From assembly GCA_020536535.1 (NCBI GenBank), contig JAHLWZ010000720.1, positions 1 through 64,000 of the forward strand: a DNA stretch of 64,000 bases, written 5' to 3'. Source of the stretch: Pelomyxa schiedti (lineage: Eukaryota > Protista > Evosea). A program made the translations under genes and the position numbers. Positions within the stretch are counted from its first letter, which is position 1. Every line of letters starts with the position of its first letter. The notes beneath the pieces were generated by a model, which was given only the letters and a program-made list of their open reading frames with translations, was not told the DNA's origin and did not search any database. Below are positions 11,685 through 24,528 of the stretch, one piece after another.

Positions 11685-12156
11685 CACCGCCGATCTCTTG
11701 TTTAGTTTAACAACTAGAACCGAACGAATTAAAACAAAAAAGTGTTTTCCGCAATTATCTTGATTTTCACAGTTTAATTAAATCGTTTGATTTTTTGGTG
11801 ACATCACCATTTCCTGCCGAGGACAACAACCCAAGGCACACCCGAGGCACTTCAGTTATTACTGACTTCATTCATGCATACAACAGGGAAGAAGAAGGCT
11901 TAGGTAGAAGAAAATATTTTTTTTGTTTAGAAATACAAGTAGAGAGACTACGTTTTTGGTGGGGTGAGAAGTGACTACAAAACAAATAGTTGAATAGCTG
12001 TATAGCGGGCCTGGTGGCCAGCTGGCTGATACGACTAGTGTGTCACTGTACAAGAAGTAGGAAGGAGCGGCAGTAATTAGGGCCGGCTTGCTTGCTTGCT
12101 GTGCGTGGGCCAAAATTTGTCACTGGTCTGTAGTGGGGGCCAACAGGCACGACCGC

Positions 12157-13502
12157 TCAGAAATTGGTGACCAACTGAATGGGTTGCACGATGCCTTCCG
12201 CTTCGAGGTTGATGTCTAAGGGGTTGCGTCTTACGTTGGTCACAAAGTCATTGTAGAAGGGTAGTGAGGCCACGGCATCGCGAACGGTTAGAAAGCTGGC
12301 AATCACGGCCCAGAATGTGGGTTGTAAAGCCTTCTTTGTGTCAGGGCTGTCTGGAGGGGTTGTTTCAGTTGGTGGGCTCCCGCTGGACTTGATAAGTGGA
12401 GTCTGGAAACTGGGAAAAGAAGCCAAGCGATGAAATACAACAGAGAGGAAGCCACGGTTCCCTGGATAGTCAGTGCTTAGCAACTTGTGTACGGCTTTCA
12501 TGAAAGACACTGTCTGGTCTTGGGGTATCGTGGACTGGATAATTCGAACAACTATACTTATGGGAGGCTGATCATTCTGTGCGGGAGGCTTTTCTTCAAC
12601 CTTCTCCACTTTGGCTGTTTCAAGATTAGAAGAGTACATATTCTGTGGGGAGCATACCAACTAGATTCACACGTTTCTCAGGTAAGATTTGTGGAGTTGG
12701 AGTTGCGGGTGGAGGTGGTGGCGGGACAAAACACGGAGAAATGAGCAATGGAGTCACAATATTTCCACCAATGGAGGCTGTTGACCCTGAGTGCTGTGAG
12801 AAAAGAGATACAAGGGTAAAGCTGGAAAACCTTTCTTGTAGCAGCGAGAGAGGATATTAAAAGGCTTGCTTTGCAATGTGCAATCCAGGAGATTAATGGA
12901 AACTACAAGGGCTGTATGCAAGTGATCCCTATCGAGTATGAGCGCATGAGGATGAACATTGTAAATAGTACCTAGAAGAAGTGCATATCGACTTCAGGCT
13001 GATAGTGTACTTCTCAATCCCGGTTGTCGGCTGAAAGTAGGGATGTACGGAAGTGGTGGAGAATTTCAACACTTTTGATTTACATTTTTGACATACAACT
13101 TCTGAAATGCACAGTTAAACACAAGTTATAGCATACGATAAAAGGAATGAAACCTTCAGTTGTACCGGGCCTGCAACAGCATGCAGATAATCCTGCCTGA
13201 AAAACTTGCTGCTCTTCTATTCTGTTAGCAGTACGCCAGGCTCTTGGCAATTCAATCCACAGCTGAAATTGTGTTGACAACTGATACAACAAAAAAAAAA
13301 CAGCAAAAAAAGGAGTGGGACGACAAACCTCCTCCGTTTTGAATCGGAAGATTTTTGTAGAAGTCAATCGCAAGGAGACAGCTTGGTTCGGCAAATCGCC
13401 TCGGGGACAATTGACGTCAAGTAGGGGGGGAGGTATACGCGTATCACACAAGACAGACGCAGATCGAGTTCCGTTGCCGGCGACCCCTCGTGAGTGTTTC
13501 AT
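12157..13502 (-). CDS. Hypothetical protein with a Cys-containing N-domain (CTSSRDHLH across an intron) and a small alpha/beta C-domain
   Basis: GT-AG splicing joins the open frames; no family recognised with confidence. Confidence 0.55.
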
Positions 13503-13974
13503 GTTACAAGATCTTTTTTGTTTGTTCGTGTGTCTTTTGTGTGCGTTTTTTTAATTTTTTCAATATTGGGATTTCTGCTTTCCCTGATGAGTGTTTTGGG
13601 GTTGTGGACGATCAAATCTGGGAAGTCAAGGGCGTCCGGCGTGTGATGTCTTTTGAACCTGCCGTGGAATATGATGAGTTACGCTAATCTGCTCTTGTCG
13701 GTTATGCAGTCCTAACCGCGAAAATCGGTCCGATCTCGGAATGCGCTGAACCTCCCCAGCTTCCCAGCGCCTTATAAGGCAAAAAAGTAGTCACTGCCTG
13801 ACGTACTTTCCCTGTTCCGGTGTAACCCGGCTTCAAAGTCGCTGTTTTGGTCGTAAACAAAACGAGCCCAGGACGACCTTGGTCATTGGTAGTCGCGTTG
13901 AAATCTTCATTTACGAGATAGAAAACAAGGAAAATTTCCAGACAAACACTGTGTTGTGGAGTTCGTTCGATGGT

Positions 13975-16900
13975 TTAGCGGAATGACAGTTTTGGCGACC
14001 AGGTTGGTCGGTTTGGGTGTTTGTTTATAGCAGTGCTCCCCGTATGGACTTTGACCTCGTGATAGTGGGTTTTGTTGTGGGTTGGGTTGTTATGTTTGTT
14101 GGTGTCGTGTGTGATGCGGAGGGTGCGGCTGGGGTCGCTGGCTTTGGAATCCCGCCGGATACTGCACTTTGTTGCGGTTCTCGTTGATAGGATTGTTTGT
14201 ACATTTGCTGGTTGTTGTTTGCGGAAAAGGAGGTCAGAGTTATTTAAACCTAGATACTGCGAAAATGTGCGTACATCTTCTGCTTCTAGCACAGCGAAGT
14301 CCGTAATGTAGTTTTGTATGACTTCCACTGGTCGGAACAGATACTGGTGTTGCTTGTGCGCATCCAAGTTTTTATAGGCGGTGGTGAGCAGGCCAAGTTT
14401 GAAGAAGTTGACATAAGGCCCTTTGGAACCAGCTAGAGGGGTAGGCAAATTGGCAAGCTGCTCGGCATCAAGAAAGGTTTTATTTCCTTCTTCCACAAAA
14501 AATAGGTCTTGCAGTAACAGTCCTAAGCAGAATGTATTTTAGGCAGTCATCTTGAGAACGAAGGGTTCTACCAACATAGGGAACACAAAACCCGTAAGAT
14601 TGTTTCAGTCTTTGTCTGTACTTCGAAAAATTGTTGGTTGGTTGAGTGAATTCCACAAGAAAATTGAAAACTTCTTTTGCAGCTCGAGAAAGACCCTTGG
14701 TGTGTGAGCTGTAATTGTTGGTTTTCGACAGTACATACAGACCAAGATTTTTTAAGTCTCGAGACTGGGGATTTTTGCAGACCAAGCATTACTTCAAAGC
14801 ATGAATTGAAGTTGGAAAAGGTAAAGCAATGCTCTTGGAATAATGAGACTGATATGAACAGGAAAATTCATACGGGCTATTTCAATGAATCTTTCTATAA
14901 CAGCTGTTCTCTTAGAAGCAGGCTCTGTTGTTACGATCTCTGATACAATCCATTTAGATACCTTTAAATAATTTAACAATGGGCAAAACTAGGAGCAGAA
15001 CAGAGAATACATATTTTGAGAATGTTGTACATACATGATTAGAGAAGGAGATGTATTTTACTGTATTAGGTGCTTCCAGTGCGGCGCGAGATTTTTCTTG
15101 CCATACCTGAATTGTATTACAACAAGTGTTACCAATGACTTAGTTACTCTGTTTGTCAACTCAAAAATTGTTATGTCATTGTACAAATTCCACGCCATAA
15201 GTGTTAACTAGTTGGTAAAATAATTAGGGGTGAAGAGAAACAAGGTAACCGGACCTGTCTCGCAACTTCCAATGGATGAAAAGCTATTACAGAATGCTCT
15301 TCCTGGGTTCTTTGAGTTAAGAAATAGTGTTGCAGTGGAGGCTAACTGTTGATGAATGAAGCAGTATACTAGGAGGGAAGGCTCGGACTTTAGTCTTGAT
15401 GATCGGTGTTAATCCAACAATAACCGGAAGAAAGGAAAACCTTTTCAGGGGGGAAATGGTAACTAAACCATTTGTTAGATTGGGAAAGGTAAAAAAAAAG
15501 GTAGACAGTATTACTAGGCCGTATCATCACAGACAAAACAAGTGGAACTTCTGCGCTGGCACGATTTTATTAAATTCTCTTTTATCATTGAGGTTGCTAT
15601 TTCAGTTGCCTTTTCAGCTCTTATTACAATAAATAAAATAAATGATGGATAAAAAGTTTCTTTGATCTTGTACCTGATCATCATTCATCCCAAATGTTTC
15701 CTTTATAGTATTTATTGCAAGTTGCGCTTGGGGCAGGTCAGTAACACGTATTTTATACGATTTTGGAGTGTCACCTGGAAAAGACTGTTTATATTTGATC
15801 AAATTGAAGTGCCGTGTCTTGCAGTAGTCCTGAGATTTAAGAAGATTTGAAACCTCTTCAGTCGTGCAACGAGGGCCCACCAACTTCATTATTGAGACTT
15901 GTAGAAGCATTTTAAGCATCGGGTCAAGTTCTTCTGTCTGGATTGGTGAAGGGTCAACAGAAGGTGACGGTGGTGCAGGTGGGGGTGAAGTAGGCTTCGG
16001 CGGATTATCTGTTCGTGCAACTACTGCACTAGAGGGGTGTGAAGGAGGTTCTACGGTGGGAGCCGCACTGGGTGACACTGTGCTGGAACTGGGGTTGTGG
16101 GATGTGGTACTTGATGGAGGTTCAGGTGAGGCATTTCGGTGTTGGTACACACTGGATGACTTTGGACTGGGTGAAGGGGAGCCTGAGCGTTTCAACAGTT
16201 GTATTGGTGCAGTGATTGCGTGGGTCAATTTTGACTGAGTTGTTTCTTTTTCTTGTGGAGTGGGGTTTGAGATAACAGCAAGTTGGGGTGTCTCCCTTTC
16301 TCTGTGTCTCTTTAAGAAGGATGAGGACTCTGAACGTGAGCTAGTCGAAGGCGGTGGTGAGGGTGAAATGGTATCCACAGTACTTGATCTGTGCCTTCCT
16401 GACGCTGGAGAAGCAGAGGTTTCAGTGACATCAGAAGACACAGTCTTGTTAGAAGCCTGAAAGGATCCAATAGCCCTTGACTTCAATAAGCCAAGCTTTG
16501 TGCCTTTTCTTCCACGTTTCTCTTTACTCTCTGACTTCTTTTCCGCTTCTTTATCACGTTTCACCTTAACATCATCAGCCACTTTTTCTGTCTCAGGGAG
16601 TTTGTTGTCCATGTCTGGGGTGATCTTTGTTTCTGTGTCTTGACTGATAACAGAGTCAAGTTCGCTAGGGCTGAGGTTCAATTTCGAATCCGAGATAATG
16701 GAGCTTACAGTCAATGGCCCAGAAGCCAACAACTTGACACACTCCTCAATACTGTCTGTTTCGGCCTCACCAGTGATAGGAACTGGGTTTTCAGGGGAAC
16801 TCTTAGTCAATGGTAATGCAGCATCTTCTTGCCAATGCATACGTGAAGTGATTTCACTAGTACACTAAAGAAGTTAAATCCTAGGGGGAAGTGTATGGAC

Positions 16901-18079
16901 ACACCAAAACTTCAAAGAGCTCATTCTTGATGAGAGCTTTAATTGCTTGGCCCATTTCTTGGTGAGGACTCCTCAACTTTGTCCCAAGAAAATTGGCAAC
17001 GATGTTCAGAGAATTGGGGCAATGCCTCAACATGGACTTGGGCTTGGAAGCCCAGTGTTGTAAAACTTTCAGCACACTGTTTGTGATTAGAAGAACCAGG
17101 ATGAGAGAGAATATACCTGGATCGAACTTGCTCGTTACTCTCTTCTAGGTTGCAGTGGGACGGACAGGGCAAAGGATTCTCGTACCTAGAGGGCTTTCGT
17201 AAGCCATTTCTTTGGGGTATAAACTTACCTGCTAATCAGTTGCTCAAGCATGGTGTCAGTGGATAAAAAGTAATGGTGTGTGTACAACAAAGAATCCACA
17301 TATTCATCACTGATATAAGGGAGACACAAAACATCTTCCTAAGTGAGAAAAAAAGGTCTTGTTCTAGAAATTTAGTACCGCATAATGCTGTGGGTGTTGC
17401 AGCATGTACGTTATTATCCTTGCTGTGCAAGCAAGTGAAGTCAGAAAAAGGAAAGATGAAGTGGATATTACATTACGATTCCATCAATCCCGTACAACCC
17501 AATCCTTTCTATCAGCCCCATAGAACTAATGCCCTTATCGCCCCTACTTTCTTGGCACTTGGTCTCAGCTTTGCAGTTTGCATCCTCACTTTCGTCTTCT
17601 TTATCTTCTTCTTCCATCTCTTTTTGTATAGCTGCAAATTCCGAAGAAGCTTGCATCACTGGAAGTTTTTGTGAGAACATGTTTCCTACATAAAAAGTAC
17701 AAGAGGGGAAAAGGGGGGGGAACCACAAAACACCTTTCTGAAACTGTTCAAACGGGGAATATTCCCATGAAGGGATACTGGGGCAGGAGTAAGTTCTCCG
17801 CAAAGCAAGTCCAGAATTTCCCGCGGCCGCGCTCAATGCAGTATCGTCTATCGACTGCAATTGCTGCTCACCCCTCCCAGTGGCAGCAACAGCAGGTGGT
17901 GTTGAATTAGCAGCCGAGGTGGCGGCGGAATTGTGGGATCGCGATGACGACGGAGAAAAGGAGGGGAACTGTGGTGCCTCGTTGGGATCCAACGAACTAG
18001 CCACGGAGACATTTAGTATGCACTGTCGCCGTCTGTTGGGCGGCCGCGTGATGACAGAATCAGATCCGCGTAGGGCCAT
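13975..18079 (-). CDS. RasGEF (REM + CDC25 domains), multi-exon; 3' end approximate
   Basis: VSKWIVSEIV...KRTAVIERFIEIA, NFNSCFEVMLGLQKSPVSRLKKSW, CVPYVG and VNFFKL. Confidence 0.9.
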
Positions 18080-18482
18080 CGGTTTTTTTTTTTTTTGGCT
18101 TCTTTTTTCCTTGCCTTTTTTTCATCTAGATTCCCGTTAAGCAGAGTGCACCTGGATTGATTCCCCTCAAGCGCACCGGTGTAGGAATGAAGGAGTGTAG
18201 TGTGCCCTGCAGGACTACGAACCGTTCGCACGGAAGGGATAAGGGATTCGTCTGTGTTGTGTGTGTGATGGGAGATCAGAGTCCTGAGTCCAGTTCCAGG
18301 TTGGGGTGACCTTGACTGAGACTAGTCACTGGGTTGGGTGGGACCACACCAGGTTCCTCGCAGCGAACTAGAGTGATGTCGGGAATCACTCCCAGATGGG
18401 CGTCTCATCACCACCAATCCACATTCTTATTTTTAATTTAAAAAGCCAAGGCACTTCACCCACCGCACCCGATACAAGTAGA

Positions 18483-19272
18483 ATGCCCAAAGGCGCGACC
18501 AAGACTGCATCGGCAGAGAAGGCAGCCCCACGAAAACGACCTCCGCCAGCAAAGGAGGCCGAGGAAGATGAGGAGCCCAAGAACGAGGAGCCCGCCGCCG
18601 TAGAGGAGGAGGCCAAGGCTGAATCAGAGGAGGAGGCCAAGCCAGCCGATGCACCACCAACGACATCAACGACGACGAAGACTGCCGCTCCCAAAAAGAC
18701 CAAGGCTGCGAAGCCAAAAGCCAAGGCGGCAAAGGAGGAACAATCAGAGGAGGAAGAGGAGGAAGAGGAAAAGGACGAGGACGAGGAGGAGGCCGAGAAG
18801 CCAGCTGAGACAAAACCAAAGAAAGCTCGTGCCACAACAACAACAACCACCGTAGTGGTATGTCTGCTTTTTTTTTTTTTTTTAAAATCTTTTTTCCCCG
18901 TGCTTCCTCTGATAATATATTATACGCATTGCTAACCAAGTCCTTATTTCTTTTTTTTTTTCTTCCTCTATTTGTATTAGACATCATCAATTTTGCCACC
19001 TAAAGAGCAATGGGAAGCCGCTGGGTCAGTGAAAGTAACCCTGGAAATGAAGCCAGTAATTTTCAGCACTGGGAGCTACGGCTTGAAACTGTAACGCTTC
19101 CCCTCATACTCCTCAATTCAATTCACTCACACATTCCCACAGAGAGAAGGGGAACAAATTTACTGCCCAGGTTCTAGGTGCTCCACGTAGCTTTATGTCT
19201 CTCGGAGCCAATTTTATCCTTGAGGGATCAGCACCCAGGCGTGGTGGTTACCGTCGTGGTGGCTCCTCCTGA
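18483..19272 (+). CDS. Lys/Glu/Ala-rich protein with a C-terminal FSTGS-motif domain and an RGG tail
   Basis: Three exons; MKPVIFSTGSYG...LGANFILEGS followed by RRGGYRRGG. Confidence 0.7.
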
Positions 19273-19425
19273 GTCCGCAGACTGAAGCTCTATGAGAAAC
19301 AAAAAATTTTACCTTTACGGTAATCAGAAAGAAAAGAATTTTAAAATTCTGTGACAATGTACCGCAAAACACCTTTAAAACCAGGCTACACATTGGCCAC
19401 CTGGAATGCAAACTCACAGAGACTA

Positions 19426-19814
19426 ATGCAAGAAGTAAGGCAGCTGTACAGCACTACCAACTTGTTCAACGTTTCCCTAAAACCAACACAAGCATTGGAC
19501 GAATAGTAATTTCAACCCCATAATTGGGGCACCAGTCACAGCCGCGCAGCTGGCACAACACAAAACAGTGAATGACTTGTGGGTGTCTGTAAATGGAAGG
19601 GTGTATGACATCACTGTGTATGTTGACTACCATCCAGGTGGAAAGGAGACCCTGTTGTCCAGGGCCGGTGATGATGCAACTGTGGCAATAGGTGAGTCTC
19701 AGAGTTTTTCCCGTTTTCGAAAAAAAAAAGCTCACATTGACTGCAGGGAAGATACACCCTTGGGTGAAGATAGAAGCTTTGTTGCAGTTCTGCTACATTG
19801 GTCCCTTGGTTTAA
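19426..19814 (+). CDS. Soluble cytochrome b5-like heme-binding protein
   Basis: LWVSVNGRVYDIT..YHPGG...AGDDAT...IHPWV...YIGPL, with both axial His present. Start approximate. Confidence 0.88.
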
Positions 19815-20054
19815 AAACAATCCAGTGACACCCAAAGAGCGCAGTTTAACAGTTTACCCAGTTGCCCACTAGATCTGAAAAAAATCTCAGCTAGCACACT
19901 TCCGTACCTCGGCACAGAAAAGAAGGCCAACTTGGAGGGCAACGCCCCCTAAAAAGCCAAACCGAAACTAAACCAAAAACCAAAGAAAGAATTTTGATTA
20001 TTAACAACCAACCAACAACCGGCGGTTTGGAAACAAACAAAACAAACAACGGCA

Positions 20055-22562
20055 ATGGACCAACAACAGGTGCAACAAAAGCCACCCGTACAGCCCCCTC
20101 CTCAACAACCCCAACAGCCACCAATTCAACCCGGGCAGCCTCCATGGTCAGCGCTTTACGGGATGCCCCCGCAGCCCGGGATGAGCCCCTACGGCAGCAC
20201 TATGGGACAGCCCAGCTACCCCCCTCCACCACAACAGCAACAGCAGCAGCAGCAACAAATACCGCAGCAACAGGGTTATCCACCACAACAGGGCTACCCA
20301 CCACAGCCGAGTTATCCACCACAACAGCTCCCGTACCCACAATTCCCTCCCAGCCAACCGGGCATGATACAACCACCATATGGCCTGGTTGGTTATGGCG
20401 GCTATCCACCCCCACCGCAGCAACCGATGCCACCGCCGCAGTCCTACTTTCAGCCATTTACGCAAAGCCGCACTGAAAATGCGAATGTGCCTGACGACGA
20501 AGATGTGGAGCCATTCACGCCGGGAATCTCCACCATATCTAATACCGATGTTGGTTTTTTTTTTCTTTTCTTTTCTCGTAGATAGTTAAAGAACTGAATT
20601 AGGGAAGCACAAATGTTATCACGTGCACTCCAGCTTTGGAAGTAACTGAGGTATTACATACTGTTGGTCAGAATTTCTTTGGAATGGTATTTATACAACA
20701 TCTTCACTGGGGGCTTTTGTATCTAACAATATAAAGCTTTCCATTGTTGCGAATCCTGCTTCTGATAAAGCCCCACGAGTACCTGTGGATATTGTGTGTC
20801 TTTGTTGTTCTAAAACCCCACTAACATTACTACTAGGTTGTTGTTGTGGACAGGTCGGGGTCAATGTCTGGAAGTAAAATGGCACTTGTAAAACAGACTC
20901 TATTATTCTTAGCTCAGCAGCTTTCTGCTCCAGACCGCTTCTCCCTTGTTACTTTTGATACTAGCGTTGATGTAATATGTGGTCTCAAGAGAATGTAATG
21001 TGCCTTGGCCTGTTGCCCATGCTAAGTTTACACAGGACCACACAAGGCAAGGCATTCGTGGAGTCTTCCATGTCCTTATTTGATGTATGATCAAACATTG
21101 TTTCGGATCGTTGCTTATACACTACCAAAGGCACGAGGTGGAACGGACATCACCATTGGTCTCAGAACGGGAGTGTCAGTCTTTAAGCAAGCAACACACC
21201 ACAACCCTGTGTCGGCACTTTTACTACTTACGGATGGACAAGATTCTGCTGCCATCCATACTTGCCCTGGAATCATAGCCGATATGCCCTCATCTGGTGT
21301 TGTGCATACATTTGGATTTGGTATTGTGCCAATCACGCTAACTTTCACCTAATGGAGCACAGGCGCTGACCATGATGCTAAGGTATGTGCAGCTATTGCG
21401 GAAACTGGACATGGCACCTTCAACTACGTTGAAGGTAACTGCCTTCCAATGCCTTGGAAAAAAACCATTAATTTAATCACTAGCTGTGGAGACAATTGGC
21501 CCGGCCTTTGCCAATATGCTTGGTGGCCTTCTTAGTGTGGTGGCGCAAAACATTACTACTACTCTCACACCCATTCCTCCATACACTGTCGTGAAGGTAA
21601 ACAGTCCTCTTTGAAAGAAATCTCATAAAAAAAAAACAGGCTCATACAACTTTCAAAACTGTTACAGAGGGCTCTTCAGTGCAAGTAAAGGTGCCGGATA
21701 TCTTTGAAGAGGAGCGTAGAGATATCGTCTTTGAGTTTTCTGCTCCAAGATTAGAGCTTCAGGAGGATCTTCAAGCGGTTATAAATGTCTCAACAGTATT
21801 CACAAGGCCAGGGGGAGGTGCCCACACAGTGCCAGTTGAGTCCTTCAAGTTAAAGAGACCACAAACCGTATGTTACTCTCTTCTTCTGGATTTCATTTCC
21901 CGGTTAACCTTGATTTCTAGCTATCTCCTGATCACAAGGCAAACGTTAAAGTTGAGGAGCAACGAATGAGAGTGAAGGCTGCTGAGGCAATGGAGACTGC
22001 AGTTCAGCTAGGTACCGGGAATAGGCTTGCCGACGCACGTGGAGTTCTCAAAGGAGCCATTGAGGTTATCAAAGCCAGCCAATGTGTAGACAGCCCACTG
22101 TGCGTGAGCCTCCTTAACGACCTCCATGTATGCCGGAACTTCCCTTTACTTGTAATTCTCAATATCCCGTAATAGCAATGCCTGGAACGATTCGCCGATG
22201 TCACGCACTTCGCATCCGGTGGGCACGCCTATGCCAAAAGTGCACAGATACAGCACCAGCAGCAGAGGCAAGCATACCAACCGCAACCGGGAATACAACC
22301 CCCAATGTTCCTGGGCATGCTTCCAGGCATGCCAGGCCAGGCCCCCCCACCGGGAATGCCAGTAATGGGAATGCCTCCATCCGGAATGGTCCCGCCATCT
22401 TCAATGATGATGGGGGGTGCCTTTGGATACCCACAGGCACAACCACAGTCGGCCCCTCCTTGTCAGCCGTATTGCACCCCGAAAATGATGTTCGCACAGC
22501 AAAGTTATGCTTCCTACCAGCAACAGCAACCACAAGCATACCCCCCCCATAAAAACCCCTAA
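20055..22562 (+). CDS. vWA-domain protein with Pro/Gln-rich termini
   Basis: MIDAS motif VVDRSGSMSG, GGTDI, LLLTDGQD, VHTFGFG and ADHD. Confidence 0.88.
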
Positions 22563-22644
22563 GTATCCCCTACCCTTCCTTGTACTTTTGGTTAAGAACC
22601 CAACCAAAACAAAATGTCTTTGAGGACTACAGTTCCTTTTTTTT

Positions 22645-24285
22645 TCACGCACTCTTTTGTGCAATTAGTGTTCTTTCATTGCAACTGTTGGCAATAAGCC
22701 ACACCACTTTTACTTCTTTAAAGCCCAAGGCTGATACAGTGTCTGCAATAGCATTGGCAACATCTGGCTGTGCAATGCTGGGTGGTTTGTGCTGAAACTT
22801 GAGAGTGGCAATGAAGTATGACCCGTTGTGCATCATGTGCAACACACGGGAGAGGACACCAGGTATTTGTGATGGTGTACAGTTCATATCACAGCACACG
22901 ATGTGGAAGTGGGAGTTGAGTGCGTGCAAATCGTGAAGGCTTTCATCTAGTGGTTTCTGAATATGAATTACTTTTGGAGACCTGGTGAGGGTCTCGTGTA
23001 GTGGAGCAGGATCAACTGCAACCACTCTTCCCGCATGTTTCTGAAGGTAAGATGTCCAGCCCCCCTTTTTTGCAAAATAAAATATTAAGACATTTCATAA
23101 CTCTCAGTAGACAGTACCGGGGAGGCTCCAATGTCGAGAACTGCCCAGGAATTCTCAATTGGAATGGATAACCGCTCAATGGCCTCAATTCAGGGTCAGA
23201 TTGAGAATAAATTAACTCCTCGTATAAGCAATTATCAACTTCAGTGGCCATTATAATTATGAGCAAAAAAGGTTGGTGAGGAGAAACCTCTTGTATTTTG
23301 TAATGAGCACGCGATATAGAAAAATCGCCTTCTCTCGGGTGCTGAATGAATGTGTCACCAAGAGTGTTGATTCCACAGTAGCACAAGTCATCAACCACCG
23401 CAACAGAAAGACAATGTGTATATGATTTAGCGTGCATTTTCAAGTGGTGGCCAACCAGACCAGTTCCAATTTCCCTCAAGTATTCCACAGGGTACACCTT
23501 GATAAACAAGGGTGATTTAATTACATTTAGTTAGTTGGTTAGCTTCCCCTCCCCATAAATTTCCTTTTCAACGTTCCCACCTGCAACCGATACACACAGC
23601 CGCTCCCATAATCCCCGCTTCCAGCTTGTTCCCTGGTGGCGAAATCAGCCACTGCCGCCACATCCAAGGGGCACACGTGGGTCCACATCAGGACTCTCTG
23701 CAGGCCCCCGCACAGCCACCCCCCATCCCCATCCCCGTCCCCGTCCCCCTCCCGCTCCCGCTCGCCCTCCGCCTCGCCTTCCCCCTCGGTCTTGCCCTCT
23801 CCTCTCCTTCTTCCTCTCCCCTCCTCGTCTTGGGCCTCCCCTCCTTCCTCCGTGCTCCGTGTGTGTGCGGAAGCGGGGGTGCCTGTGGGCGGGGGGGCGG
23901 CGCGCGAGTGGCACAGCGAGTTCAGTTTCCGCAGGGCGGCGAGGCACTGGGGCGCCCCGTGCCTGGCTCCAAACGCCAGCGCCGTGCACGACTGGCTGCA
24001 GTGGTGGCGCCCTTTCTCCGCCGTCTCCGCCTGGGTGTCTCCATTGTGGGAGCTCCTGCCCTGTGCATCATCAACTTGGCTGCTCGGTGCGTTTGCTGTT
24101 GCGGTCGTAGTCGTCGTTTCTGACGATGGCATGGTAGCCGTCTTGGGACTGATGCGCTGACCGAGTTCCGGAATGAGCTCCATCTCTGATATCTCCAGCA
24201 TAAGGTCGGCAATGCGTGACGCATGCGTTTTTTGGCACACCAAGAGCAGGCCGCTGCAATACGCCGCCGTACGCGACGATGACAT
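22645..24285 (-). CDS. FtsJ/RlmM-like SAM-dependent RNA 2'-O-methyltransferase
   Basis: SRAHYKIQE, VLDIGASPGGWT, VVAVDPAPL, VCCDMN, IATLK and NERT (K-D-K-E tetrad). Confidence 0.8.
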
Positions 24286-24528
24286 CTTCCAGGAACGCGG
24301 AGGAGAAAGAAATTTCAGGCGAAAGAAAATTTCAGTGTCCAAAGCTTTGGATTTACACTCCTTGCATAACCCCCTTACGGAGGATTTGACAGCGGAGCGG
24401 AGAGCAGGCTGGTTTTTTTATTTACAAGGGTGATTTGCGAGATAATGTAGTGGGTGCGGATGTGTGCCTTTGGTGAAACCTTGATGATTTCCCATCTTGG
24501 ACTGAGCAATAATAAAAAAAAGCCGGAC

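Noticed and set aside
18190-18206. AGTGTAGT resembling the U2 branch-pairing region
   Set aside because: No U2 stem I (GCCTTTTGGCTAAGATC) and no Sm site.
23626-24224. Multiple GC-rich overlapping ORFs
   Set aside because: Shadow frames of a GC-rich first exon; the same applies at 53356-53903 and 61218-61807.
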